DNA of 64,000 bases from Eledone cirrhosa (GCA_964016885.1 OZ024742.1:284518001-284582000); one strand, 5' to 3'. Shown: positions 1 through 11,976, counted from the first letter of the stretch. Program-made: numbers and translations. Notes: a model not told the origin generated them from the sequence alone.

Positions 1-93
1 CTTCTTAAAGGGTTATGCATGGGTATGCATAATGGGTATGCATGTAAAGACTCTGCTTGAATCTATTGGCGGTTAATCTGAGGCAATTATATA

Positions 94-156
<63 letters not shown>

Positions 157-304
157 ATACTTTGGGAGGGTCATGTTGCCAATAAGAAACACACGCACCA
201 GTTACTTTCACTTCAATTTATTATAAATTAAATTTATAAATTTAGGAATTTATAAATTTCCGGTTGGTTGGTTGGTTCCACAACCAGACGATTGTTCATA
301 TATT

Positions 305-347
305 GTCAAAGTTCTTTCGTCACACATTCTGTGACCTCTTCAGTGAC
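305..347 (-). ncRNA. Minimal type I hammerhead ribozyme motif (family A)
   Basis: Minus strand: GTCA-CTGAAGA-G-GTCACA-gaatg-TGTGAC-GAAA-GAAC-TT-TGAC. Stem I GTCA/TGAC, 6-bp stem II, triplet CUU. Confidence 0.6.
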
Positions 348-580
348 TGGGGATTCTTTTCTTTGTTTTTGTGCCTCTCCTTTGTTCTGTCCTACGCCAT
401 CTTGTTTTTGTGTGTGTTAGTGTGTTGTGTGCTTAGTTTTCGCATGTGTTACGTCCGGGTGTCTGTGTGTGTTTATATTTGTTTATTTATTTGTTTATTT
501 ACATGTTACTGGTTGGTTGTTTATTCTATGTGTGTGTGTTTTTATTTTGTCCTTAATTGTGATGTTGCTAAGAATCCCCA

Positions 581-623
581 GTCACTGAAGAGGTCACAGA
601 ATGTGTGACGAAAGAACGTTGAC
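581..623 (+). ncRNA. Hammerhead ribozyme motif (family A), cleavage triplet mutated
   Basis: GTCA-CTGAAGA-G-GTCACA-gaatg-TGTGAC-GAAA-GAAC-GT-TGAC. The conserved U16.1 is G here, so it is probably inactive. Confidence 0.5.
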
Positions 624-833
624 AATATATGAACAATCGTCTGGTTGTGGAACCAACCAGCCAACCGGAAATTTATAAATTCCTAAATTTATAAATTTAA
701 TTTATAATAAATTGAAGTGAAAGCAACTGGTGCGTGTGTTTCTTATTGGCAACATGACCCTCCCAAAGTATAACAATATCGGTTTCAACACACGTTTTCA
801 GATAAAGAATCTTGTTAAACAAATTCAGAAACG

Positions 834-860
<27 letters not shown>

Positions 861-867
<7 letters not shown>

Positions 868-3800
868 GATCGAGTATCGAAAAATCGGCGCACGAGTTAA
901 CGAAAAACGAAATCCGATATGAGCGGCAGAGGGCTCAATAATTCAGATGAATCAGAGCTATAACTATCGTTAAAATACCGTCACATATAGAACAAGTCTA
1001 CAATCAACCATACGATTTAAAATCGATAAAGGAAGATTCGGGCCAAACAGATAAAAAATATCAATAAAACAATACGTCAATAATTTAAATGAATGTAAAA
1101 TCATACCCGGACCCACTAGAAAGGTGTTAAATCTAGCTTCATGGGTTTCTGTAAATCCTTAGACAGTACTCTATCAGCTCACATATAAATATAAAAGCCT
1201 ACTAGAATAAGTGGAATGGAGTTTACGTTGTCAACGAGTTTTATCCTGGCGGCAAAGGAGTCAACTAGCGGTGAAAAACGCACATGGCATTAGACAAGGG
1301 AGATGACCCCTATATCCGCGAAAATAATTCGAGTGAATGTGGAAATACACATATCGAATTAGAGTGCTCAATAGACATGTTAAAATAAAACAAAAGCTAT
1401 TCATCACTCAATAGAATCGACAAAATATGAGCAATAAAATTAACTGGTGGATAGCTATGTCCAGAGCTAAATATATTAGAAAGATCGAGTATCGAAAAAT
1501 CGGCGCACGAGTTAACGAAAAACGAAATCCGATATGAGCGGCAGAGGGCTCAATAATTCAGATGAATCAGAGCTATAACTATCGTTAAAATACCGTCACA
1601 TATAGAACAAGTCTACAATCAACCATACGATTTAAAATCGATAAAGGAAGATTCGGGCCAAACAGATAAAAAATATCAATAAAACAATACGTCAATAATT
1701 TAAATGAATGTAAAATCATACCCGGACCCACTAGAAAGGTGTTAAATCTAGCTTCATGGGTTTCTGTAAATCCTTAGACAGTACTCTATCAGCTCACATA
1801 TAAATATAAAAGCCTACTAGAATAAGTGGAATGGAGTTTACGTTGTCAACGAGTTTTATCCTGGCGGCAAAGGAGTCAACTAGCGGTGAAAAACGCACAT
1901 GGCATTAGACAAGGGAGATGACCCCTATATCCGCGAAAATAATTCGAGTGAATGTGGAAATACACATATCGAATTAGAGTGCTCAATAGACATGTTAAAA
2001 TAAAACCTATTCATCACTCAATAGAATCGACAAAATATGAGCAATAAAATTAACTGGTGGATAGCTATGTCCAGAGCTAAATATATTAGAAAGATCGAGT
2101 ATCGAAAAATCGGCGCACGAGTTAACGAAAAACGAAATCCGATATGAGCGGCAGAGGGCTCAATAATTCAGATGAATCAGAGCTATAACTATCGTTAAAA
2201 TACCGTCACATATAGAACAAGTCTACAATCAACCATACGATTTAAAATCGATAAAGGAAGATTCGGGCCAAACAGATAAAAAATATCAATAAAACAATAC
2301 GTCAATAATTTAAATGAATGTAAAATCATACCCGGACCCACTAGAAAGGTGTTAAATCTAGCTTCATGGGTTTCTGTAAATCCTTAGACAGTACTCTATC
2401 AGCTCACATATAAATATAAAAGCCTACTAGAATAAGTGGAATGGAGTTTACGTTGTCAACGAGTTTTATCCTGGCGGCAAAGGAGTCAACTAGCGGTGAA
2501 AAACGCACATGGCATTAGACAAGGGAGATGACCCCTATATCCGCGAAAATAATTCGAGTGAATGTGGAAATACACATATCGAATTAGAGTGCTCAATAGA
2601 CATGTTAAAATAAAACAAAAGCTATTCATCACTCAATAGAATCGACAAAATATGAGCAATAAAATTAACTGGTGGATAGCTATGTCCAGAGCTAAATATA
2701 TTAGAAAGATCGAGTATCGAAAAATCGGCGCACGAGTTAACGAAAAACGAAATCCGATATGAGCGGCAGAGGGCTCAATAATTCAGATGAATCAGAGCTA
2801 TAACTATCGTTAAAATACCGTCACATATAGAACAAGTCTACAATCAACCATACGATTTAAAATCGATAAAGGAAGATTCGGGCCAAACAGATAAAAAATA
2901 TCAATAAAACAATACGTCAATAATTTAAATGAATGTAAAATCATACCCGGACCCACTAGAAAGGTGTTAAATCTAGCTTCATGGGTTTCTGTAAATCCTT
3001 AGACAGTACTCTATCAGCTCACATATAAATATAAAAGCCTACTAGAATAAGTGGAATGGAGTTTACGTTGTCAACGAGTTTTATCCTGGCGGCAAAGGAG
3101 TCAACTAGCGGTGAAAAACGCACATGGCATTAGACAAGGGAGATGACCCCTATATCCGCGAAAATAATTCGAGTGAATGTGGAAATACACATATCGAATT
3201 AGAGTGCTCAATAGACATGTTAAAATAAAACAAAAGCTATTCATCACTCAATAGAATCGACAAAATATGAGCAATAAAATTAACTGGTGGATAGCTATGT
3301 CCAGAGCTAAATATATTAGAAAGATCGAGTATCGAAAAATCGGCGCACGAGTTAACGAAAAACGAAATCCGATATGAGCGGCAGAGGGCTCAATAATTCA
3401 GATGAATCAGAGCTATAACTATCGTTAAAATACCGTCACATATAGAACAAGTCTACAATCAACCATACGATTTAAAATCGATAAAGGAAGATTCGGGCCA
3501 AACAGATAAAAAATATCAATAAAACAATACGTCAATAATTTAAATGAATGTAAAATCATACCCGGACCCACTAGAAAGGTGTTAAATCTAGCTTCATGGG
3601 TTTCTGTAAATCCTTAGACAGTACTCTATCAGCTCACATATAAATATAAAAGCCTACTAGAATAAGTGGAATGGAGTTTACGTTGTCAACGAGTTTTATC
3701 CTGGCGGCAAAGGAGTCAACTAGCGGTGAAAAACGCACATGGCATTAGACAAGGGAGATGACCCCTATATCCGCGAAAATAATTCGAGTGAATGTGGAAA

Positions 3801-6800
3801 TACACATATCGAATTAGAGTGCTCAATAGACATGTTAAAATAAAACAAAAGCTATTCATCACTCAATAGAATCGACAAAATATGAGCAATAAAATTAACT
3901 GGTGGATAGCTATGTCCAGAGCTAAATATATTAGAAAGATCGAGTATCGAAAAATCGGCGCACGAGTTAACGAAAAACGAAATCCGATATGAGCGGCAGA
4001 GGGCTCAATAATTCAGATGAATCAGAGCTATAACTATCGTTAAAATACCGTCACATATAGAACAAGTCTACAATCAACCATACGATTTAAAATCGATAAA
4101 GGAAGATTCGGGCCAAACAGATAAAAAATATCAATAAAACAATACGTCAATAATTTAAATGAATGTAAAATCATACCCGGACCCACTAGAAAGGTGTTAA
4201 ATCTAGCTTCATGGGTTTCTGTAAATCCTTAGACAGTACTCTATCAGCTCACATATAAATATAAAAGCCTACTAGAATAAGTGGAATGGAGTTTACGTTG
4301 TCAACGAGTTTTATCCTGGCGGCAAAGGAGTCAACTAGCGGTGAAAAACGCACATGGCATTAGACAAGGGAGATGACCCCTATATCCGCGAAAATAATTC
4401 GAGTGAATGTGGAAATACACATATCGAATTAGAGTGCTCAATAGACATGTTAAAATAAAACAAAAGCTATTCATCACTCAATAGAATCGACAAAATATGA
4501 GCAATAAAATTAACTGGTGGATAGCTATGTCCAGAGCTAAATATATTAGAAAGATCGAGTATCGAAAAATCGGCGCACGAGTTAACGAAAAACGAAATCC
4601 GATATGAGCGGCAGAGGGCTCAATAATTCAGATGAATCAGAGCTATAACTATCGTTAAAATACCGTCACATATAGAACAAGTCTACAATCAACCATACGA
4701 TTTAAAATCGATAAAGGAAGATTCGGGCCAAACAGATAAAAAATATCAATAAAACAATACGTCAATAATTTAAATGAATGTAAAATCATACCCGGACCCA
4801 CTAGAAAGGTGTTAAATCTAGCTTCATGGGTTTCTGTAAATCCTTAGACAGTACTCTATCAGCTCACATATAAATATAAAAGCCTACTAGAATAAGTGGA
4901 ATGGAGTTTACGTTGTCAACGAGTTTTATCCTGGCGGCAAAGGAGTCAACTAGCGGTGAAAAACGCACATGGCATTAGACAAGGGAGATGACCCCTATAT
5001 CCGCGAAAATAATTCGAGTGAATGTGGAAATACACATATCGAATTAGAGTGCTCAATAGACATGTTAAAATAAAACAAAAGCTATTCATCACTCAATAGA
5101 ATCGACAAAATATGAGCAATAAAATTAACTGGTGGATAGCTATGTCCAGAGCTAAATATATTAGAAAGATCGAGTATCGAAAAATCGGCGCACGAGTTAA
5201 CGAAAAACGAAATCCGATATGAGCGGCAGAGGGCTCAATAATTCAGATGAATCAGAGCTATAACTATCGTTAAAATACCGTCACATATAGAACAAGTCTA
5301 CAATCAACCATACGATTTAAAATCGATAAAGGAAGATTCGGGCCAAACAGATAAAAAATATCAATAAAACAATACGTCAATAATTTAAATGAATGTAAAA
5401 TCATACCCGGACCCACTAGAAAGGTGTTAAATCTAGCTTCATGGGTTTCTGTAAATCCTTAGACAGTACTCTATCAGCTCACATATAAATATAAAAGCCT
5501 ACTAGAATAAGTGGAATGGAGTTTACGTTGTCAACGAGTTTTATCCTGGCGGCAAAGGAGTCAACTAGCGGTGAAAAACGCACATGGCATTAGACAAGGG
5601 AGATGACCCCTATATCCGCGAAAATAATTCGAGTGAATGTGGAAATACACATATCGAATTAGAGTGCTCAATAGACATGTTAAAATAAAACAAAAGCTAT
5701 TCATCACTCAATAGAATCGACAAAATATGAGCAATAAAATTAACTGGTGGATAGCTATGTCCAGAGCTAAATATATTAGAAAGATCGAGTATCGAAAAAT
5801 CGGCGCACGAGTTAACGAAAAACGAAATCCGATATGAGCGGCAGAGGGCTCAATAATTCAGATGAATCAGAGCTATAACTATCGTTAAAATACCGTCACA
5901 TATAGAACAAGTCTACAATCAACCATACGATTTAAAATCGATAAAGGAAGATTCGGGCCAAACAGATAAAAAATATCAATAAAACAATACGTCAATAATT
6001 TAAATGAATGTAAAATCATACCCGGACCCACTAGAAAGGTGTTAAATCTAGCTTCATGGGTTTCTGTAAATCCTTAGACAGTACTCTATCAGCTCACATA
6101 TAAATATAAAAGCCTACTAGAATAAGTGGAATGGAGTTTACGTTGTCAACGAGTTTTATCCTGGCGGCAAAGGAGTCAACTAGCGGTGAAAAACGCACAT
6201 GGCATTAGACAAGGGAGATGACCCCTATATCCGCGAAAATAATTCGAGTGAATGTGGAAATACACATATCGAATTAGAGTGCTCAATAGACATGTTAAAA
6301 TAAAACAAAAGCTATTCATCACTCAATAGAATCGACAAAATATGAGCAATAAAATTAACTGGTGGATAGCTATGTCCAGAGCTAAATATATTAGAAAGAT
6401 CGAGTATCGAAAAATCGGCGCACGAGTTAACGAAAAACGAAATCCGATATGAGCGGCAGAGGGCTCAATAATTCAGATGAATCAGAGCTATAACTATCGT
6501 TAAAATACCGTCACATATAGAACAAGTCTACAATCAACCATACGATTTAAAATCGATAAAGGAAGATTCGGGCCAAACAGATAAAAAATATCAATAAAAC
6601 AATACGTCAATAATTTAAATGAATGTAAAATCATACCCGGACCCACTAGAAAGGTGTTAAATCTAGCTTCATGGGTTTCTGTAAATCCTTAGACAGTACT
6701 CTATCAGCTCACATATAAATATAAAAGCCTACTAGAATAAGTGGAATGGAGTTTACGTTGTCAACGAGTTTTATCCTGGCGGCAAAGGAGTCAACTAGCG

Positions 6801-8595
6801 GTGAAAAACGCACATGGCATTAGACAAGGGAGATGACCCCTATATCCGCGAAAATAATTCGAGTGAATGTGGAAATACACATATCGAATTAGAGTGCTCA
6901 ATAGACATGTTAAAATAAAACAAAAGCTATTCATCACTCAATAGAATCGACAAAATATGAGCAATAAAATTAACTGGTGGATAGCTATGTCCAGAGCTAA
7001 ATATATTAGAAAGATCGAGTATCGAAAAATCGGCGCACGAGTTAACGAAAAACGAAATCCGATATGAGCGGCAGAGGGCTCAATAATTCAGATGAATCAG
7101 AGCTATAACTATCGTTAAAATACCGTCACATATAGAACAAGTCTACAATCAACCATACGATTTAAAATCGATAAAGGAAGATTCGGGCCAAACAGATAAA
7201 AAATATCAATAAAACAATACGTCAATAATTTAAATGAATGTAAAATCATACCCGGACCCACTAGAAAGGTGTTAAATCTAGCTTCATGGGTTTCTGTAAA
7301 TCCTTAGACAGTACTCTATCAGCTCACATATAAATATAAAAGCCTACTAGAATAAGTGGAATGGAGTTTACGTTGTCAACGAGTTTTATCCTGGCGGCAA
7401 AGGAGTCAACTAGCGGTGAAAAACGCACATGGCATTAGACAAGGGAGATGACTCCTATATCCGCGAAAATAATTCGAGTGAATGTGGAAATACACATATC
7501 GAATTAGAGTGCTCAATAGACATGTTAAAATAAAACAAAAGCTATTCATCACTCAATAGAATCGACAAAATATGAGCAATAAAATTAACTGGTGGATAGC
7601 TATGTCCAGAGCTAAATATATTAGAAAGATCGAGTATCGAAAAATCGGCGCACGAGTTAACGAAAAACGAAATCCGATATGAGCGGCAGAGGGCTCAATA
7701 ATTCAGATGAATCAGAGCTATAACTATCGTTAAAATACCGTCACATATAGAACAAGTCTACAATCAACCATACGATTTAAAATCGATAAAGGAAGATTCG
7801 GGCCAAACAGATAAAAAATATCAATAAAACAATACGTCAATAATTTAAATGAATGTAAAATCATACCCGGACCCACTAGAAAGGTGTTAAATCTAGCTTC
7901 ATGGGTTTCTGTAAATCCTTAGACAGTACTCTATCAGCTCACATATAAATATAAAAGCCTACTAGAATAAGTGGAATGGAGTTTACGTTGTCAACGAGTT
8001 TTATCCTGGCGGCAAAGGAGTCAACTAGCGGTGAAAAACGCACATGGCATTAGACAAGGGAGATGACCCCTATATCCGCGAAAATAATTCGAGTGAATGT
8101 GGAAATACACATATCGAATTAGAGTGCTCAATAGACATGTTAAAATAAAACAAAAGCTATTCATCACTCAATAGAATCGACAAAATATGAGCAATAAAAT
8201 TAACTGGTGGATAGCTATGTCCAGAGCTAAATATATTAGAAAGATCGAGTATCGAAAAATCGGCGCACGAGTTAACGAAAAACGAAATCCGATATGAGCG
8301 GCAGAGGGCTCAATAATTCAGATGAATCAGAGCTATAACTATCGTTAAAATACCGTCACATATAGAACAAGTCTACAATCAACCATACGATTTAAAATCG
8401 ATAAAGGAAGATTCGGGCCAAACAGATAAAAAATATCAATAAAACAATACGTCAATAATTTAAATGAATGTAAAATCATACCCGGACCCACTAGAAAGGT
8501 GTTAAATCTAGCTTCATGGGTTTCTGTAAATCCTTAGACAGTACTCTATCAGCTCACATATAAATATAAAAGCCTACTAGAATAAGTGGAATGGA
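861..8595. repeat. Tandem array of a 615-bp unit, 12 full copies plus a 360-bp partial copy
   Basis: Unit starts (TTAGAAAGATCGAG) at 861, 1476, 2086, 2701, 3316, 3931, 4546, 5161, 5776, 6391, 7006, 7621 and 8236. Differences noticed by eye: a 5-bp deletion (AAAAG) in copy 2 and C>T at 7453. No ORF of 60 aa or more. Confidence 0.98.
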
Positions 8596-8780
8596 CCGGG
8601 TGATGTGTTGTTTCCTTGAGCAAGACACTTTATTTCACGTTGCTCCAGTTTACTCAGCTGTAGAAATGAGTACCGGCCTGCCCGCCCAGCCAGTGGGATG
8701 GCGTTATCTTATGGCTAAAACAGCACGACGTGCTGTGACCAGCGGCGCCGATTGGCACCCGACGGACTGGTCGGTCAAGG
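8596..8780 (+). mobile_element. 5'-truncated tRNA-derived SINE fragment
   Basis: CCTTGAGCAAGACACTTTATTTCAC...CCAGTTTACTCAGCTG is a typical invertebrate SINE core segment, fused directly to the end of the 615-bp array. Confidence 0.6.
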
Positions 8781-8937
8781 TGATATATATACATTTATTT
8801 ATTTATTTAGGTTTGTTGGTTCACCACGGGATAGAACTGGTCATTCCGTATGGTCAACCTCGATGTAATATTATGGAGATAATAATAATAATAATAATCT
8901 TCGTTTGTGTAGTTGGTGGTGCGAGTACGGAGTTAAT

Positions 8938-9202
8938 TATAAAATAACAGGAAGCTGGACTGGTGTAGATCCTTGAAAGGTTTATTATACTATGATGGTG
9001 ACTTGAGGTAGTAGCTGCTAAATAGTCGGTCGTCGTCTTGTCTCTGATTTTCAGCCCCATGGATTTTATCTGTTAAATTCCTTTGTTATATTATGAATAC
9101 TTGGGATGTCACCGGATTTATACTGAACCCGGTCATTGAAATGATCATAGTATAATAAACCTTTCAAGGATCTACACCAGTCCAGCCTCCTGTTATTTTA
9201 TA
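8938..9202. mobile_element. PLE-type inverted-repeat mini-element (family B) with degenerate HHR
   Basis: 59-bp arms 8938-8996 and 9144-9202 (1 mismatch), followed by (TA)n. 9097-9153 reads ATAC-ttggga-TGT-C-ACCGG...CCGGT-C-ATT-GAAA-TGATCA-TA-GTAT. Confidence 0.6.
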
Positions 9203-9372
9203 TTATATATATATATATATTTCTGAATCAGTAGCCAATCGGCGGGCGGTATTGTGATGACGCATAAGGATTTCAGTTGCTAATGTTTTACTGTGTTGGC
9301 CGTCACATACAGTCATAGCCGACACAGACTGGAATCGAATTCTGTCGATCGATTGGTTATTGATTAGATGAA

Positions 9373-9485
9373 ACCCGCTGATGAAGCCACATGCGCCGAT
9401 GGTGCATTGTTGCATAATAAATGCAGACAGTAGATGCTGTGCACTCTATTGCTGCATTAAGTGTGGCCGAAGCTCGAGTACGGGT
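9373..9485 (+). ncRNA. Hammerhead-like motif with greatly extended stem II
   Basis: ACCCG-CTGATGA-A-GCCACA...TGTGGC-C-GAAG-CTCGAG-TA-CGGGT. Stem I ACCCG/CGGGT, palindromic stem III, GUA triplet, GAAG in place of GAAA. Confidence 0.55.
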
Positions 9486-9562
9486 AAAGATTGAAGTTAC
9501 CCATTTACGTGTGTTGTATTGAAGCGAATAACTATGTGTCTACTCTGGGAGTTTACTTAACA

Positions 9563-9630
9563 TCACCGTGGCTTTTTTAATGGGCTTTCTCCACGAATGT
9601 CCCTCGGAAATCTCCCCCTATTGGGGAATT
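9563..9630 (+). mobile_element. Tx1/L1 3'UTR fragment
   Basis: TAATGGGCTTTCTCCACGAATGTCCCTCGGAA matches 35357-35388 in the Tx1 element 3'UTR with one mismatch. Confidence 0.75.
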
Positions 9631-9812
9631 CAAAAATGGCTAAGAATCATCACGTGGCTAGTGGTCAAATTAGAAGGTTGTGAATGGTGGCCAGGCGGCG
9701 AGTAGGCTGGCTGCTAGAAAGCGCTGCCAGATACTGCCATCATTCACAACCTTCTAATTTGACCACTAGCTACGTGATGATTCTTAGCCATTTTTGAATT
9801 CCCCAATAGGGG
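9615..9812. repeat. Foldback: 77-bp inverted arms, 44-bp spacer (MITE-like)
   Basis: Arms 9615-9691 and 9736-9812 with two mismatches. Confidence 0.9.
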
Positions 9813-10225
9813 TGATCACTGTAGAAATTTTAGTCCCAACTTGAGGAGTCTCTTGATAAGCTCGAAGCCTCATGGATAATTCCAGGATCGGATATATCCA
9901 CAAAGAACGAGCGAAACTGTCGACAGTCGGGACTAGAGGAGTTTTGGTAAAGTTTATATGAATTTTTTCTTCTAACTTATATTTTAGACCTAGCTCCGTT
10001 TAGTTGATTATTTGTCTAGTTAATTTCTACGGGCTAAAAGGAATGAGTAGATAAATTTTATATGACTGTTCGTTGCGGAAAATAGTCTGTATCATTTGTC
10101 TATTATTCCTTCATAGTTACATATTAAACTTATAGCCTCGTTTAAATGATTATTTATATGGTTGATTTCTGCGGACTAGGGAGGGGAAAGACCGTATCTT
10201 TTATCTAATAATTCTTCAAACTTGC

Positions 10226-10761
<536 letters not shown>

Positions 10762-10849
10762 GTGTGTGAGTGTTGGGGAAATAACTTACTACCACTACAG
10801 GGATTGAAGATTCAAGACATTAGGGCTATGTCTTATAACCAATCTCTTA

Positions 10850-10916
10850 TATATTTTATCTGATGAAAACGTACTGAAACACCATTGTACCTTTGAAATA
10901 TGTATAATAAAATATA
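10850..10916 (+). ncRNA. Minimal type I hammerhead ribozyme (family B)
   Basis: TATATTTTAT-CTGATGA-AAA-C-GTAC...GTAC-C-TTT-GAAA-TATGTA-TA-ATAAAATATA. Perfect 10-bp stem I. Confidence 0.8.
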
Positions 10917-10973
10917 TACTTTGGTTATGATATTTCTCATTTATTAATATTTTGAATAATATTATATATATTT

Positions 10974-11076
10974 CCCGCCGAGGTTTACTTTGCCTTTCAT
11001 CCTTACGGGGTCGATAAAATAAAGTACCAGTAATGCACTGGTTAATTGCTGGCCTTGTGCAAAAAGTAGAAACAAT

Positions 11077-11078
<2 letters not shown>
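10974..11078 (+). mobile_element. SINE family 1, 3' part (other copies ~13960-14110-, 26740-26900-, 40155-40290-, 51590-51710+, 55740-55885+, 63550-63670-, 63690-63880-)
   Basis: Recurrent CCCGCCGAGGTT.ACTTTGCCTTTCATCC...GGGGTCGATAAAATAAAGTACCAGT. Longer copies carry a tRNA B-box-like GAGTTCAAATCCC. Confidence 0.85.
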
Positions 11079-11115
<37 letters not shown>

Positions 11116-11160
11116 ATGTATATATATATATGAATATATATGTTATTTCTGTTTACCTTT

Positions 11161-11205
<45 letters not shown>

Positions 11206-11847
11206 ATATATATACATGTACGTATGTATGTATATATATATAGGTATGTGTGTATATACGTATGTGTGTATACATATGCCACAATCGACGCCAATAGAAC
11301 GTCAATACAGTTTGTAAAGCAATTATTTCTAAAAAGAAAAGTAACAAACAAACAAACAAACAAATAAATAGCAAAATGAACAGCCTTATGTCAACATAGG
11401 GGGAGTGGTCGCAGTAGAGTGGGTGTGGTGGTGCGTTAAGGAGTAGTAACCGGTGAAGGGGTGGGGATGAAGGGGTAGACGGGTTACTGGGGGGAAAAGG
11501 CTAGAGAAAGGGGTGGACATTTGCGGAAGAGGGAAGGAGATAGGAAGATATACGTATGTATGTTTGTATATGTTTGTGCGTGATTCTGTATGAGTGATGT
11601 ATGTATATGATTTGACTTATGAATGTATGTATGTGAGTATGTATGTAAGATTATATGTAAATATGCATGTATGAATGTATGTATGTATGTATGTATGTGT
11701 GTGTGTGTATAGATATGTTTATGTGTGTACGTGTGTGTGTTTGTATATATATATATGTATATTATTATTGTTGTTGTTGTCGTTATTATTATTGTTGTTA
11801 TTATTATTATTAGTTATTAATATATATATATATTATTTTTTTTCTCG

Positions 11848-11976
11848 TGCAATGGCCATACTCGATAACGAGGGGGCAGCCATCATGTATGTATGAATGT
11901 ATGTATGTATGTATGTAAGTATGAATGTATGTATTTATGTATGTATGTATGTATGTATGAATGTATGAATGTATGT
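11848..11976 (+). mobile_element. RTE-type 3' terminus with (TATG)n tail
   Basis: TGGCCATACTCGATAACGAGGGGGCAGCCATCATG(TATG)n is homologous to 13115-13206 and contains a CTCG/CGAG stem-loop. Confidence 0.7.

Larger units (their letters stand above)
149..835. mobile_element. Non-autonomous Penelope-like (PLE) mini-element, family A: inverted pseudo-LTR pair in (TA)n
   Basis: Arms 149-358 and 570-779 are reverse complements with about 3 mismatches. The right arm extends ~55 bp further and both ends abut (TA)n. Each arm holds an HHR-like core. ATG at 754 gives MTLPKYNNIGFNTRFQIKNLVKQIQKRY, closely matching the ORF start at 50351 next to the GIY-YIG remnant. Confidence 0.8.

Noticed and set aside
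264-608. 114-aa hydrophobic ORF
   Set aside because: It lies in the T/G-rich antisense UTR and inverted arm of a PLE, so it is a compositional artefact.
855-900. Helitron 3' end (minus-strand CTAA|T) as origin of the array
   Set aside because: No convincing GC-rich subterminal hairpin and no TC 5' end at the other unit border.
861-8595. 615-bp array as CRISPR, rRNA/snRNA/tRNA/histone cluster or hammerhead retrozyme
   Set aside because: No variable spacers, no recognisable RNA-gene sequence and no ORF. No CTGANGA on either strand; the closest is CTGATAGA...GAAAC on the minus strand, without coherent stems.
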